Shown: in pieces, positions 12,331 through 24,905 of the stretch
How positions within the stretch are numbered: position 1 is the first letter of the stretch
Layout: each line of letters opens with the position of its first letter
NCBI GenBank assembly: GCA_030265395.1
Contig: JARFYF010000052.1
Location: forward strand, 86,026,416 to 86,090,415
DNA length: 64,000 bases
Direction of reading: 5' to 3'
Source of the DNA: Rhina ancylostomus
Lineage: Eukaryota
Translations under genes and position numbers: made by a program
The notes under the pieces: generated by a model
Databases searched by the model: none
Told to the model about the DNA's origin: nothing
The model's input: only the letters and a program-made list of their open reading frames with translations

Positions 12331-14319
12331 AGACTGTTAGGATAACACATCCCACCTGGTCATCATCATACGTTGTCAGGACAGAAGCAGCATTTCCATT
12401 CCCCCACCCCAGACTCCCCACCCCCCACCACCACCCTCTCCACCAGTATTATGTCTCTACATACAAGCTCTGCATCACCTTCCAAGCTGCAAAATGTAAT
12501 TGTCCACAGCTAACATTTCATGGGTGCTTTATGCATAACAGGGTATGGATGTAAATAAGGTTCAGAGATCTTTTAGTTTCCAAAGGTTGTTTGTGATAAC
12601 TGATCTTAATTTTACCTTTGTGTCACCTTATTCATACATAAATTTGCCTCTGATTTCTTGCAAAAATATGGGCAGTGCAAGAAAAAGTAGATATACCAAA
12701 ACTAAACTTCCAGTAACTATTATGTTGGATTAAGATTTCCAGTGCTTTTCTTAAGATGGGGTCAGCCCAATGGAAAATGGCATCACCAGTAAGTAAATGA
12801 GAATGTTAATTTTCATGTAAATGATTTATATATTAGCACATAAATGTAGGTCAGTGCAGGCTCACTTTATGTTATGTTCTGATTTACCTGTATTTGGCAG
12901 TGCAAGACTGCTGGTGTCATAAATTGTGTGGAGTCCAATTGTTCCTTTAAAGGTTCAGTTAAAATAATTTATTTCAAAAATCAAGAAATCAGAGTTTAAA
13001 TTAAAAGCAAAAACTAAGTTAGTAAAGGTTTTACCAAATCCTTCTGGTGGAAGATCCTGCCCAACATACCTTTGTTGCTACAGGGACCTGTCAGCAAGCA
13101 GTGCACCTTTAACCAAAGGCATAAATGATGATGCCAAACTCGTCCAGTGCTGTACAATCAGAAAGGCAGCCTGTCATCTTTTCCATGGCTTCAACCTGTT
13201 CCTTAACAGTGAGGAATCATGCTTTGGATTAACCCAGATTTTTAAGTCATGTGAATTCTGTTTGCTTTAACATATTTCTGCTTTTCTTGAAATTTCACTG
13301 ATGTTCAGAGTGTCTTTATTCCATAAGGTTCAGTGCTTTTCTCTCTCCCACCCTGCTCCTTGTTATCGAAAATAAAAGCACCTTTATTTGCAACTCAAGT
13401 ACAAAGGCAGCAGCTTTCTTCCTGGATGACAAGGCTGATGTGGAGCTCTGCCAACACGAGCAGAATGTCATTATGAGAAGAGGCTGCTGTGGGCTGCCAT
13501 AATCAGGACAAATATATCACCATAAATGATGATAATAGACTTCATGGCAGATGACTCTGCATGAGCAGAAATTGGCCAACCAAAGCAATATCTAGAGAAA
13601 AATGTGAGAGGATAGACAACTGAAAGAGGGAGCAAAATGTCACAGCTTAATCCTGAGCCTAAAATCAAGTAATGAGCAACCCAATGCCCCATAATCTACC
13701 ATGATTTTTTGGAAACAAATAATCAATATTTTTCAAAATTGTCTGTAGTGTGAAGGAAAAAAAATAACCCCAGAAACAATGAAGAAATGGGGCATATGGA
13801 ATGGCAAGATATGGGGTATAATTTCTACCCAAAGGTGGGCTGACCTGATTGCTAGAGGAACAAGGTAATGAGCAAATAACCGTACCACAAGTGGGATATA
13901 AATTGTATCCCATAGACCCTTCATCATTTCCTCTCTTAATACCTCTCTCTAGCTTCTAAAATTGAAATTTTGAAGACTTTTGCTAATTGGCATGACCCAT
14001 TATTCAGCCCCAGTGAAACCACTGCTCACTGATTAGTGGTACCAGAGGGAGTAATAATGGACACATTATTTGACATTATCTCCAAAAATCCACAGTGGTG
14101 CATCGCGGCCTGAGACGCTTCCCTGGGAACTTCACTACTGACCCCATCCATGTCTGGGGCTCCAAGGGAACTTTCATTGATTAACATATCTGTAGCGAAT
14201 ACATGTCACAGGACACCATCTCTGATACTTGGTTACTAAAATGATCAGAAAATGAAATAGAGGTGAACTGGACTAGATTGGGAAACGGGAGGGGTGAAGG
14301 AAGGGGATGTCCCCATGAC

Positions 14320-14860
14320 AGTTAAATCACTTTGACATTCTTTCCGCAGACAACAATGCCACCTAATTTGTAAGTGTTAATGACACAACGTTGTGCAAGA
14401 TAAAATAGAAAGCCAATTTTCATTAGACATAGTAATTGTTAGTTTAAATGCTGTTTGTAACAGTGAATGTTACCTAGTGCCAATTTCAATAATGTTTCTT
14501 AGCCCTTAATCTTTAAATACTTTTCTCTATCTGCTCTCAGGAACTGGCAATGCTTACCTCCGGGCATTGAGAAACAGTGTACAGCAGTAACAAACCCGAT
14601 GAACGGAAGTTCACTTAACAACCATGTATCGATAAGCTTAGTGTTTCCAAGGAGCTTTGCAAGACTGAACTTGCCAAAGGCACAATAACTGGCATTATGA
14701 ATAAAATGAGTTTTATGGATCAGAGCCATCGCATTAAGCAAGCACTTCCCCAGAGCATTGATTAGGCAACTGTTTCCTTGAGGACCCAGCTCCCTCTTTG
14801 CCTATATTGAAGATAAAATCAAGGAGCATCAGGTGATGATTCTTCATTAAAAAGTAACTA
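14320..14860. promoter_or_regulatory. Candidate conserved non-coding element (possible minus-strand exon)
   Basis: No recognisable repeat, retained CpGs, and AACAAT, TAAT and TTTTATGG motifs. Minus-strand donor GAG|GTAAGC at about 14557. Confidence 0.35.
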
Positions 14861-15039
14861 AATTGCCAAAATGCAGGAGTACAGAAAAATTGAATGTTAC
14901 AGCCTAAAATGCAGGAGTAATATTTGTTCTTCCACCTTACTTACCATTCCATTACAATCCTCTTTCCCTACCAATATTCCACTTCCTGATCCAAGCATTT
15001 CTCAAGATATCTTCATGACTTTTCTTCCCCCAGCATATA

Positions 15040-15920
15040 TATAGGGCAACCACCAGAAGGTGTATGGCAGGCTTGCCTTCATCTGTTGGGGCAATGAGTG
15101 GAAAAGTTCAGAAGTCATGTTGTAGCTGTATAAAACTTTGGTTAGGCCACATTTGGTGTGCTCTTCTGGTCACTACATTGTAGGAAGGACATGGAGGCTT
15201 TGGAGAGGTTGCAGAAGGGGCTCATCAGGATGTTACCTGGATTAGAGAGTATGAGCAATAAGGAAAGGTTGGATAAACTTGGTTTATTTTCTCTGGAGTA
15301 TACAAGGCTGAGGGGTGACCTGATGGAAGTATATGATGGGTGTAGATAGGATAGATAATCCCAGTTTTGTATGTTCTCCCCACGTCTGTGTGGGTTTCCT
15401 CTGGGTGCTCCAGTTTCCTCCCACATTCCAAAGATGTACGGGTTAGGAAGCTGTTGGCATGATATGTTGGTGCCGTAAGCGTGGCGACACTTGCAGGCTG
15501 CCCTCAGAACACTCTACACAAAAGGTGTATTTCACTGTGTGTTTCAATGTATATGTGACTAATAAAGAAATCTTATCTTTGCAGACAGGTCAAATTCCAG
15601 GGGCATAGATTTGAAGTAGAACATAGAACATAGAACAAAGAAAAACTACGGCACAATTCAGGCCCTTCAGCCCACAAAGCTGTGCCGAGTAATTGATGGA
15701 AAGATTAGAAGGAAGGTGAGGAGAGATTTTTCACCTTGAAGGTGATAGGAGTTTGGAACACCAGCTGAAACAATGGTGGAGACAAAACATTTGAAAATAA
15801 TTGGATGATTACATGAAGAGTCATGACCTGCAGGGCTATGAAGCTATGCTGAATAGCTATTTTATAATTAGCGCAGATATGATGACCAAAATGGTCTTTG
15901 TTATCATAAAATGTATATGT
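15040..15920 (+). mobile_element. CR1 LINE ORF2 3' part with nested insertions
   Basis: FWSLHCRKDMEALERLQKGLIRMLPGLESMSNKERLDKLGLFSLEYTRLRGDLMEVY. Resumes after a SINE (15362-15578) and an antisense CR1 tail (about 15620-15690). Confidence 0.88.
15362..15578 (+). mobile_element. HE1-like V-SINE, 5' truncated
   Basis: V-domain tttgtatgttctccccacgtctgtgtgggtttcctctgggtgctccagtttcctcccacattccaaag. Tail tttcactgtgtgtttcaatgtatatgtgactaataaag-tcttatct. Homologous to 48265-48566. Confidence 0.88.
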
Positions 15921-16433
15921 TTCCATGATTAAATAAATCTACAATATTGATGAGAAGAGAGGAGGTGTTGGGGGAGGGGGATGGGAAAATAAACTGCTAG
16001 AATATTCACTCTATTAAAATTTTACAGGATGCAGATGAAGCCCCAGCGAGACACTTCTGTCAGACCATAAGGAATTTCATTCAAATTATATTTATGCCAC
16101 TTACTGCAAAAACACAATATATACTATGATTGTTATATAAATACTACAAGGTTTCAACTCATCAACTACACAATTTCCAATCAGTAAGTACTATGATTTA
16201 TTCTACATTGGTTATGATTATCTATTCAGATGCTTTTTTTTCTCTCTTCTGGTGACAATATACTTCATGGAAGGTCAGGCAACATACAAGCCCTTCAGTT
16301 CTACTGAAGGCATGTGCTCAGAAGCCACTGCAGCAGTGCCAAACATATCACTGCAAAAGTGAGCAATTAGCTACAAGTCTATTTGGAGACATGTTTCTAG
16401 TTATGTGTACTGTATATTGGGACAGAATAAGCA

Positions 16434-16870
16434 AAGTTAAAGTCAAGTTTATTGTCATATGCACAAGTACAGGTCTGCAAAGGTGTATGAAAAACTGACT
16501 TGCAACAGCATCACAGGCATATAAGCAGCATTTACAAGAAAAACATAAATTAAACATACATTGTACACAAATTTTACAAGAAAGAACACAATTAAAAACA
16601 AAAAATAACAAAGTCCCTTTTAGTGCAAAGTGATCAAAGTGGTCATAATATTACTAAATTGTAGTGATTAGAGTTGTGCGGATTGGTTCAAGAAATGAAT
16701 GGTTAAAGGGAAGTAACTGTTCTTGAAGCTGGTGGTGTGGGACTTCAGACTTCTGTATTTCCTGCCTGATGATAGATCCAAGAAGATGGTTTGGCCTGGA
16801 TGGTGGGGATCTTTGATGATGGATGTTGCCCTTTTGAGGCAGCGCCTCTTGTAGATACTTCCGATGGTGT
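16434..16870 (-). mobile_element. Rex1/Babar LINE 3' end
   Basis: Minus strand encodes IYKRRCLKRATSIIKDPHHPG, followed by a 3' UTR ending tgacaataaacttgactttaac. Confidence 0.85.
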
Positions 16871-17599
16871 AGAGAATATCAATTATTGCTTCAGAGGTGG
16901 AGCACTATCAAGATTCATGTTTCTGTTGTTTGAATTCAATGGAAATCCATATTCCTACAATCTATGGACTATTCCCCATATTAGGAAAGATCTTTCTCTC
17001 CTCATTCTCAAACTCCAAGTCTGGACATAGGGAAAATGTTGCTAGATTAGAAAAATCCTCTAAAACCTGTAATCTCTCCATTTCCTTTGCACTTTCTTAT
17101 TTTAATAGCATAACTCTGCATTCTTCTTCCCTTCCTCCCAGAAATCCACTTATTCTGCCCCCAGTAAGTTGAGATCAAATCTAAGGCCCCTTGGGTTAAC
17201 AAATTTCATCCAGACCTAAAATGAATGGAAATCTATATTCCCACAATCAAAGGGTATTATTTGCATTAAAAAAAACCCTCTGAGCGATATACTCTGAAGT
17301 TAAAGATGCTCTGGATAACGGAATGATTGTAAAGATGTTCAACATATAAGAATTAGTATTCAGCATGGCATTTATTGTAAACTATGTATGAAGGGGTTGT
17401 TAAAAGTGGAGTTGCATTATGATTACAGCAGATGCTATCCACTGAATTCCACATTCATGCGCTTTTACTTGAAAATTTCTATGTCTAGATCTTCAAATCA
17501 AGTTGAATCAAAATAGTGAATAATGAATTTTCTGTTCATATCCCAGAGTCTGTCTAAAGCAAGAAATGCCTTGCCCATACTGACTAAAGAAACCAGTTA

Positions 17600-18960
17600 A
17601 TGACTAGCCAGATTCATTTAAGTTTTGCAAATGAAGATTTGTCAATTTAATTAATATTTTATTATATGTGTCTTTATATGGTGTCCCTCTGCTTCATCCA
17701 AACACACTGGCATTTCTGATTTTATCAACACTTGGTAAATAGATTAAAATGATATAGGAGTGAAGAGGTGAAGCAGAAATGTGTTTCCATAAAATGCAAT
17801 TACCGCAGAGTGCAAGGAATAACCCCTTCATAAATGACTGATTAAAACTCTGTTTTATACCGCCTCTCTGGGTGCTTTAAATTCTTATTTAATTAACTGA
17901 TTATAAAAGCATTTTACTACCTTTGGAAGAAAAAAATATAATTTTAAAACTTTTTGGTAAGTTTGAAAATCCAATAGTTTTTTCCATCTTTTCAAACACA
18001 ATTTTACTTAAAAATAACTGAATTAAACCATGTCACCTAAAGTGAAGTAAACACATAATATCTATATTATTGATTTACTATAATACTTAATAACAGTTTG
18101 CTGTTACACAGCATGAAGCTGTGTCTGAATGAAAGATAGCAATGAATTGAAATTTTTTTTCCTCTTTTACAGATGCTAGATTTGACAAGAATTAAAATGA
18201 TCAAAAATATTCACATCTGTATTCTTATTAAGCAAATAATACACTAAGAAAATTTGTTTTGGTCCATGCCAACTTCTTCACAAATAAACCACAACATACA
18301 ATCATTAATATTGAAGGATCTAAATATGTTTGACAGAAATAGTAATCAAATATAAGAAAGGAAATTTTAAAACAGGCAGTAAGGTTTTATTTTACATACT
18401 TCTAATTTAAGCATTAAATTAATTCCCAATTTTTTTCGGAAGAATTATATTCAGTACTGGCAAATTCTCTATTTTTTTTTCTTGAAATTGGAATGCCATG
18501 CTTGGTTCTGTAAGCATAAACAATTTGGTAGAAATTCCAACATAGCCAGCCATATTCTACTGAATTGTGATTCAAGCCCCAAAAGCCATTTGACATTTCA
18601 GGAAATCCATTAGTCCATATGCTGCTTGTCAACAACACCATAATTTTAAACTTCTGTTTTCATCCAAGTCAGGTTCTTCATCCATTTAAAATTCAAATGA
18701 CATTTCACTTTCTGCTGTTGCATTGTGTGTGATCTCAATTAAAATATGAATATTTACATTGGAAGTGGGAAAGGGAGACCAGGTTAATGTTTTTCTTGAG
18801 TGCAATGCATCAATCACAGCCTAATCCATTTATCATCCATTGCTCTCAATGAGCTTCATTAGGTTTTCACTGTGGGAGAGATGACATAGATTCACATATT
18901 CATAAGATTGTGACTCAGGCAATTATTTATTTGGATGTACGAACAGGAAGGATACAAGCT
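17600..18960. promoter_or_regulatory. AT-rich repeat-free block with CNE-like cores (about 17780-17920 and 18680-18940)
   Basis: CATAAA twice, ttaattaa, tcaattaa, taatcc and tgactca motifs, with no TE signature. Conservation not tested. Confidence 0.3.
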
Positions 18961-19202
18961 CAGTTTTCCCTGTATTGAGGAAATTAAGCTTGTACTAGTC
19001 TATTTTTATATTATATTGATTGATTTTAGGTGAAGATGGTTAGTGAAGGAAGATTCCCTTTTTCAAATAAAATAGCAGCTTTATTGGCAGTCTAACATTT
19101 TATAAATACTTTGAAACTGGAATCGTGGATTATTAAAAATATAAGATTTGAGAGCAGCAGCATCTTGGGATCAAATTTGTGAAACTTCATTGAATTGAAT
19201 TC

Positions 19203-19590
19203 GTTTATTATTGTCACTTGTACCGAGGTACAGTGAAAAACAGGTCTTGCATACTGTTCGTACAGATCAATTCATTACACAGTGCATTGAGGTAGTACAA
19301 GGTAAAACAATACAGAATGCAGAGTAAAGTGTAACAGTTACAGAGGAAGTGCAGTGCAGGCAGACAATAAGGTTCAAGCCAAAACGAGATAGATTGTGAG
19401 GTCAAGAGTCCATCTTATCGTGCTAGGGGACAGTTCAATAGTTAGGCTTTTGTATCTCCTGCCTGATGGTGGGGGGGGGGGAAGAGGGAACATCCAGGAT
19501 AGGTGGGGTCTTTGATTATATTGGTTGCTTTGCCAAGGTGGCGAGAAGTGTAGACAGAGTTTGTTTCCAGGGATGGCAGTTTTGCAGTAC
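19203..19590 (-). mobile_element. Rex1/Babar LINE 3' end
   Basis: SVYTSRHLGKATNIIKDPTYPG...SGRRYKSL plus the conserved 3' UTR. Confidence 0.9.
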
Positions 19591-19639
19591 AAGGAGAGAA
19601 AGATGAAAGGAGATCGTAACACAATTAACAAAAAAGCTT

Positions 19640-20356
19640 GACAGACTGGGTGCAAGGATGATATTGGCCCAGGCTGGGCAATCTCAGACCAGGGTACAGT
19701 TTGAACATTAGGGGTCACCAGTTTAGGATTATGTTGAGGAAACTGTCTTCACTCAGAGGTGTTTGATCAGGGTCCAGATTATTGTTTTTATTGTGTTTTT
19801 CCTTGTAGTTTTAGCTTTCGTTATGCTTGTTTATATGTCTGTAAACTTTCAGTAACGTGTAGCATATTTGGTTCTATACTTCTGTAGTTTATTTGTCCGC
19901 AAAGCTGAAGTGTGACTCAGTCAGTACCTGTTCACCAGTTTGCAGTATAAAGGGAGAACATGTGCTCAAGTTTCTTTATTAATTCTTTACTTGCCTTGCC
20001 TGCTGGCACAGACTGACACTGTCTGGCCTGTACTATGACGAACATCGAATAAAACAGCTATAACCATAAGATTTTTGCCTCATTCTTGACTTTTGAAGAA
20101 CTTCGGGACAACATCATCTCCAGATCTAACAGACAGTAGTGAATCTTTAGAATTCTCTACCCCAAACAGCTGTAGGAACTCAGTCATTTGGTTCATTCAG
20201 ACAAAGACTGAGAGATTTCCGGGTGGTAAGGGAAAAAAGACGAATGGGAACTGTGCTGGAGAATGGTGTTGAGGTAGATCAACCACGATCCTGATGAAAA
20301 GGGGAGCAGGCTCGAAGGAAGGCCTATTCTTGCTCCTATTTCTTGTGTTCTTATGT
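19640..20356 (+). mobile_element. CR1 3' end split by a solo LTR
   Basis: ttcactcagagg (to 19759) rejoins gtagtgaatctttagaattctctacccc (from about 20136), giving FTQRVVNLWNSLP. Tail gcctattcttgctcctatttcttgtgttcttatg. Confidence 0.8.
19760..20131 (+). mobile_element. Solo LTR (372 bp)
   Basis: TG...CA termini with imperfect inverted repeats (tgtttgatcagg versus reverse complement tgttagatctgg, 10/12). TATAAA at 19946 and AATAAA at 20048. Cleanly interrupts a CR1; the 4-bp TSD is degenerate (gagg/gaca). Confidence 0.75.
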
Positions 20357-20624
20357 TTGATTCTGTCAGATTTGATAGGGCAGGTTCTGCTGCTTCTGCT
20401 TTGAGAGCTAAGGAACTACGTCTTTGCAATGGTGCCAATATGGGCAGATTTTGCCAGAGGCACTGTTCTTCCACATCCAATTTTCCTGTCACTTTGGACA
20501 ATTTCATAAACATAACAACAGAAGGAGGTGTGATACAACAGTGCTCATATTTCTATTTGTGCTTATGTTTTTATAAGTGCTTCTATTTTTCATTTCCTAG
20601 CATCTTGGGTGTGAGTGTTGTGGA

Positions 20625-22112
20625 TCTCATGTGCATGTACATCAGGTTTTTGTTCATTGACTACAGCTCAGCATTCAACACCATCATCCTCTCAAAACTT
20701 ATTGTCAGGCTCCGAGACCTGGACCTCTGTACCTCGCTCTGCAATTGGATCCTTGACTCCCTCACTGGGAGACCACAATCAGTGCAGATTGGAAAATGTC
20801 ACCTCCTCCTCACTGACCATCAACACAGGCATACCTGAGGGCTAGATGCTTAGCCCCCTGCTCTACTCTCGCAATACCTTCTACCCTACTGTGATAAGAC
20901 TATTGAACTGTTCCCTTATACAATGAGATGGACTATGACCTCACGATCTACTTTGTTGTGACCTTGCCCCTTATTGCATTGCACCTCCTCTATAGCTGTG
21001 ACACTTTACTCTGTACTGTTATTGTTTTTACCTGTACTACCTCAATGCACCCTGTACTAACTCAACGTAACTGCACTGTGTAATGAATTGACCTGTACTA
21101 TCGGTATGCAAGACAAGTTTTACACTGTACCTCAGTATAAGTGACAATAATAAACCAATACCAAAACCAGTACCCATGAGTGTGTGCTTTAGCATAACTC
21201 TAATGCTATCTACAGATTTGCCGATGACACCACACTGCTGTTGGCAGAATCACAGATGGTGAAGAGGCTGTGTGCGGGAGTGAGATAAATCAGTTGGTTG
21301 AGTGGTGCGCTCAACATCAGCAAAACCAAGGAATGATTATGGACTTTAGAAAGGGAAAGTCAGATGAACATGCACCAGTCCTCATTGAAGGGTCTGTGCT
21401 GGAAAGTGCAAGCAGCTTCATGTTCCTGGGCGTCAACAAATCAGACAACCCATCCCGGGCCCAGCACATAAATGCAACCATGAAGAAGGTGCCCAGCGGC
21501 TCTAATTTCTTAGAAGTTTAAGGAGCTTTGGCATGTCATCAAAGACTCTGACAAACTTCTGCAGATGTACAGTGGAGAGCATTTTGACTGGTTGCATCAC
21601 CGCCTGGTATAGAAACTCCAATGCACAGCAATGCATGAGGCTGCAGAGGGTTGTAGACTCAGCCGGTTCCATCACAGGTACAGCTCTTCCCACCATCAAG
21701 GGCACCTACAAGAGTCAATGTCTCAGGAAGGCGACATCCATCATCAGGGACCCCCCACCATCTGGGCCGTGCCCTCTTCTCGATGCTGCCATCAGGCAAG
21801 AGGTACAGGAGCCTGAAGACCCCACACCTCAAGGTTCAACAACAGCTTCTTCCCCACCGCTGTCAGGTTCTTGAAGCTACTTGAAAATCCCTAACACTGC
21901 CTCAGACTACATTCATTCTCTCTCTCTCGCCTTGCACCAGTGTTGCTATGTTTATTTTGTTCTTTATTTTTGTGCATGTAAGTTATGTATAATGTATATT
22001 AATTTAAGGTAATATTAACTTATGTTTGTAATGTACTGTGCTGCTTCTGCAAAAATTAACCTTTCATGACTTTTGTACCATGCCCATGACAGAAAGCTTG
22101 GACTTGAACTTG
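20625..22112 (+). mobile_element. Rex1/Babar LINE, RT domain to 3' end, decayed
   Basis: [17 protein letters not shown]...[33 protein letters not shown] and TLTNFCRCTVESILTGCITAWY. A second Rex1 3' UTR is nested at about 20880-21165. Confidence 0.93.
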
Positions 22113-22289
22113 CGTCTACAGCTTTGGGAACCCTTTGTTACAGGTGAACTATTCTCAAACCTAAACACAGCTTAAAATTAAACTCGCTGAATATCAAGGA
22201 AAGTCCTGTTGTAAACAACACTGTTTTCTCAATACCCTTTCCAGTTCTTGAATTACTACTGCAAAATGCGTCTCTAACCCAAAAGAAAT

Positions 22290-22430
22290 ACTCCTAACTT
22301 TCACATTCATTTCAGAAGGTCCCAAAGTACTACATAGCCAAGATGTTTTTGAAGTCTACTCTCTGTTTTTATCTAGGGAACTGGAGCAGACAATTTACGT
22401 ACAACAAATTCCCCTAAACAGCATTTGACG
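22290..22430 (-). mobile_element. DeuSINE (SacSINE1/AmnSINE-like) 3' fragment
   Basis: Reverse complement resembles the DeuSINE tail ...aaattg..tgc...tttcc...acttcaaaa...ttggct.t...g..ctttgggac. Highly diverged. Confidence 0.5.
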
Positions 22431-22625
22431 ATTTCAGTAGTAAATGGATTCACCAAACATTATGGAATTTGCCTGATTGTTTATTTCTCGCTAGCAAGTA
22501 AAGGTGAATGTTACATCATTTATTTACTTTTTTAATCTTCCATCAATTGCCTTTACCATCTCGAGATCAGAATAGAGAGACATACAGCACAGATACAAGC
22601 TCAATCATTCATGCCTAATGTTGTA

Positions 22626-22921
22626 GATCATAGAACAGTACAGGCCCTTCGGCCCACAATGTTGTGCCAATATTTTATCCTGCTCTGAGATCGATCTGAC
22701 CCTTCCCACCCACATCGCCCTCCATTTCTCTATCATTCATGTGACTATCTAAGAGTCTCTTAACTGTCCCTAATGTATCTGCCCCCACCACCTCTGCCGG
22801 CAGTGCGTTCCACGCACCCACCACTCTCTGTGTATAAATGTACGCCTCACATTCCCCTTATTCCTGCAATCACCTTTAAATTATGTCCCCTTGTGTTAGC
22901 CATTGTCGTCCTGGGAAAAAG
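22626..22921 (-). mobile_element. CR1 LINE 3' end
   Basis: catagaacagtacaggcccttcggcccacaatgttgtgcc tail. cagtgcgttccacgcacccaccactctctgtgt reads TQRVVGAWNAL on the minus strand. Confidence 0.9.
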
Positions 22922-23139
22922 CTACCATGGTGGGTTTTGAACTCATGCCTCTGGATTAATTGTCCAGAATGCCTGCAGTGTTGGTACGAGACTAGGATCT
23001 TAACCGCCATGCAATTATACCCCCAATGGTGATCTAGAAAACCCATCTCTTTTAGTACTTCACTGATGTGTTAATAACGTTAATGGTGAGCTAACTAAAC
23101 AGTTTTTGACTTTGACAGGTACCTCCCAGTTGATGTTCA

Positions 23140-23532
23140 AAGGGATCTTGGGGTCCAGTGTAGATTGGTGGGTTAGTAAGTTTGCGGATGATTGAACAAC
23201 TTGTGATGTTGTGGATAGTTTAGAAGATTGTCAAAGGATACAGTGGGATATAGATCAGTTGCAGATTAGGGCAGAGAAATGGCAGGTGGAGTTTAATCCA
23301 GCCAAATGTGAGGTGTTGCACTTTGGGAGATCAAATGTAAAAGGACAGCACACAGTTAATGGCAGGGCCCTTAACAGTGTTAATGTACAGAGGGATCTTG
23401 GAATCCAATTCCACCGCTCCCTGAAAGTGACCATGCATATAGATAGGTTGGTAAAGAAGGTGTACGGCACACTTGCTTTCATTGGTCAGGGCACTGAGTA
23501 TAAGAGTCAGGAGGTCATGTTGCAGCTGTGTA
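23140..23532 (+). mobile_element. CR1 LINE RT fragment
   Basis: SKFADD, then DIDQLQIRAEKWQVEFNPAKCEVLHFGRSN...QRDLGI. Ends at a gap. Confidence 0.93.
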
Positions 23533-23632
23533 NNNNNNNNNNNNNNNNNNNNNNNNNNNNNNNNNNNNNNNNNNNNNNNNNNNNNNNNNNNNNNNNNNNN
23601 NNNNNNNNNNNNNNNNNNNNNNNNNNNNNNNN

Positions 23633-24522
23633 GATAGACAAAAAGGTGCAAGGCCATAACGAGGTTGATTTTGAGGTCAATAGTCCATGTTATCAAACTA
23701 GGGAACCTTTCAATAGTCTTATAACAGTGGGATAGAAGCTGTCCTTGAGCCTGGTGGTACATGCTTTCAGGCTTTTGTATCATCTGCCTTATGGAAGATG
23801 GGAGAAAAGAGAATGTCCTGGATAGGTGGGGTCTTTGATTATGCTGGTTGCTTTACTGAGGCAGTGAGTATAGACAGAATCCAGAGAAGGGAGGCTGGTT
23901 TCTGTGATGTGCTGAGCTGTGTCCACAATTCTGTGCAGTTTCTTGCAGTCCCAGGCACAGCAGTTGCCACACCAAGCCGTGATGCTTCCAGATAGGATGC
24001 TTTCTATAGTGCATTGATAAAAGTTGGTGAGTGTCTCAGGGGATATGCCAAATTTCTTTAGCCTCCTGAAGAAGTAGAGGTGCTGGTGACCTTTCTTGGC
24101 CATGGCATCTATGTGGTTGTACCAGGACAGGCTATTGATGATGTTCACTCCTTGGAACTTGAAGCTCTCAACCATCTCAACTTCAGCACTGTAGATGTAG
24201 ACAAGTGCATGTGCACTGCCCCCTTCCTGAAGTCAATGACCAGCTCTTTTGTTTTACTGACATTGAGGAAAAGGTTATTGTCATAACATCATGTCACTAA
24301 GCTCTTTATCTCCTTCCTGCACACCGACTCATCTTCTTTTGAGATTCAGCCTGCTATGGTGGTATCATCTGCAAACTTGTAGATGGTATTAGAGCAGAAT
24401 ATGGCCACACTGTCATGAGTATATAGGAAGTAGAGTAGGTAGAGCTGAGGATGCAGCCTTGTGGAGCACCACTACTGAGAATAATCATGCCGGAGGTGTT
24501 GCTGCCTATCCTTACTAATTGC
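23633..24522 (-). mobile_element. Rex1/Babar LINE, RT to 3' UTR
   Basis: GAPQGCILS, IYKFADDTTI, VESFKFQGVNI...LYFFRRLKKFGISPETLTNFYQCTIESILSGSITAW. Confidence 0.93.
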
Positions 24523-24711
24523 ATTCATAGAGGAGGAGAGGCATTAACAATAAAGAATCAAATAATAATATAGAAATCTAATAGATTTTAAGATAAAGTT
24601 CAAAACCAAGTCTGATTAAAACAATAGATCTTGAATGCTTTGAACCATTCAAAGTCTCTGGAAGTCAGCATCAAACATTTAATACTACATAATAAAAATC
24701 AAAAACCTGAG

Positions 24712-24905
24712 AAGCTGGAAATCTGCAATAAAAACAGGAATTTCTGGAAAATCTCTGAATTTCAAGCAGCATCTAGGGAAAGAGAAACAGTTTACAGATG
24801 CTACTATTTTTGTTCTGATGAAGGGTCCCAGACCTGAAACTAACATTTCCTCTTTCCACAGTTGCTGTCTGAGCTGATGAAGTTTCCCGTATTTTCTGTT
24901 TCCAT
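24712..24905. mobile_element. Fold-back Penelope-derived element with a hammerhead core between the arms
   Basis: Arms at about 24730-24792 and 24838-24901 are diverged inverted copies of the family tail. ctgatga-agggtc-cca-gacct-gaaac at 24815-24840. Confidence 0.7.

Noticed and set aside
18414-18641. 75-aa Trp-rich minus-strand ORF
   Set aside because: No convincing splice sites or recognisable domain. Consistent with chance.
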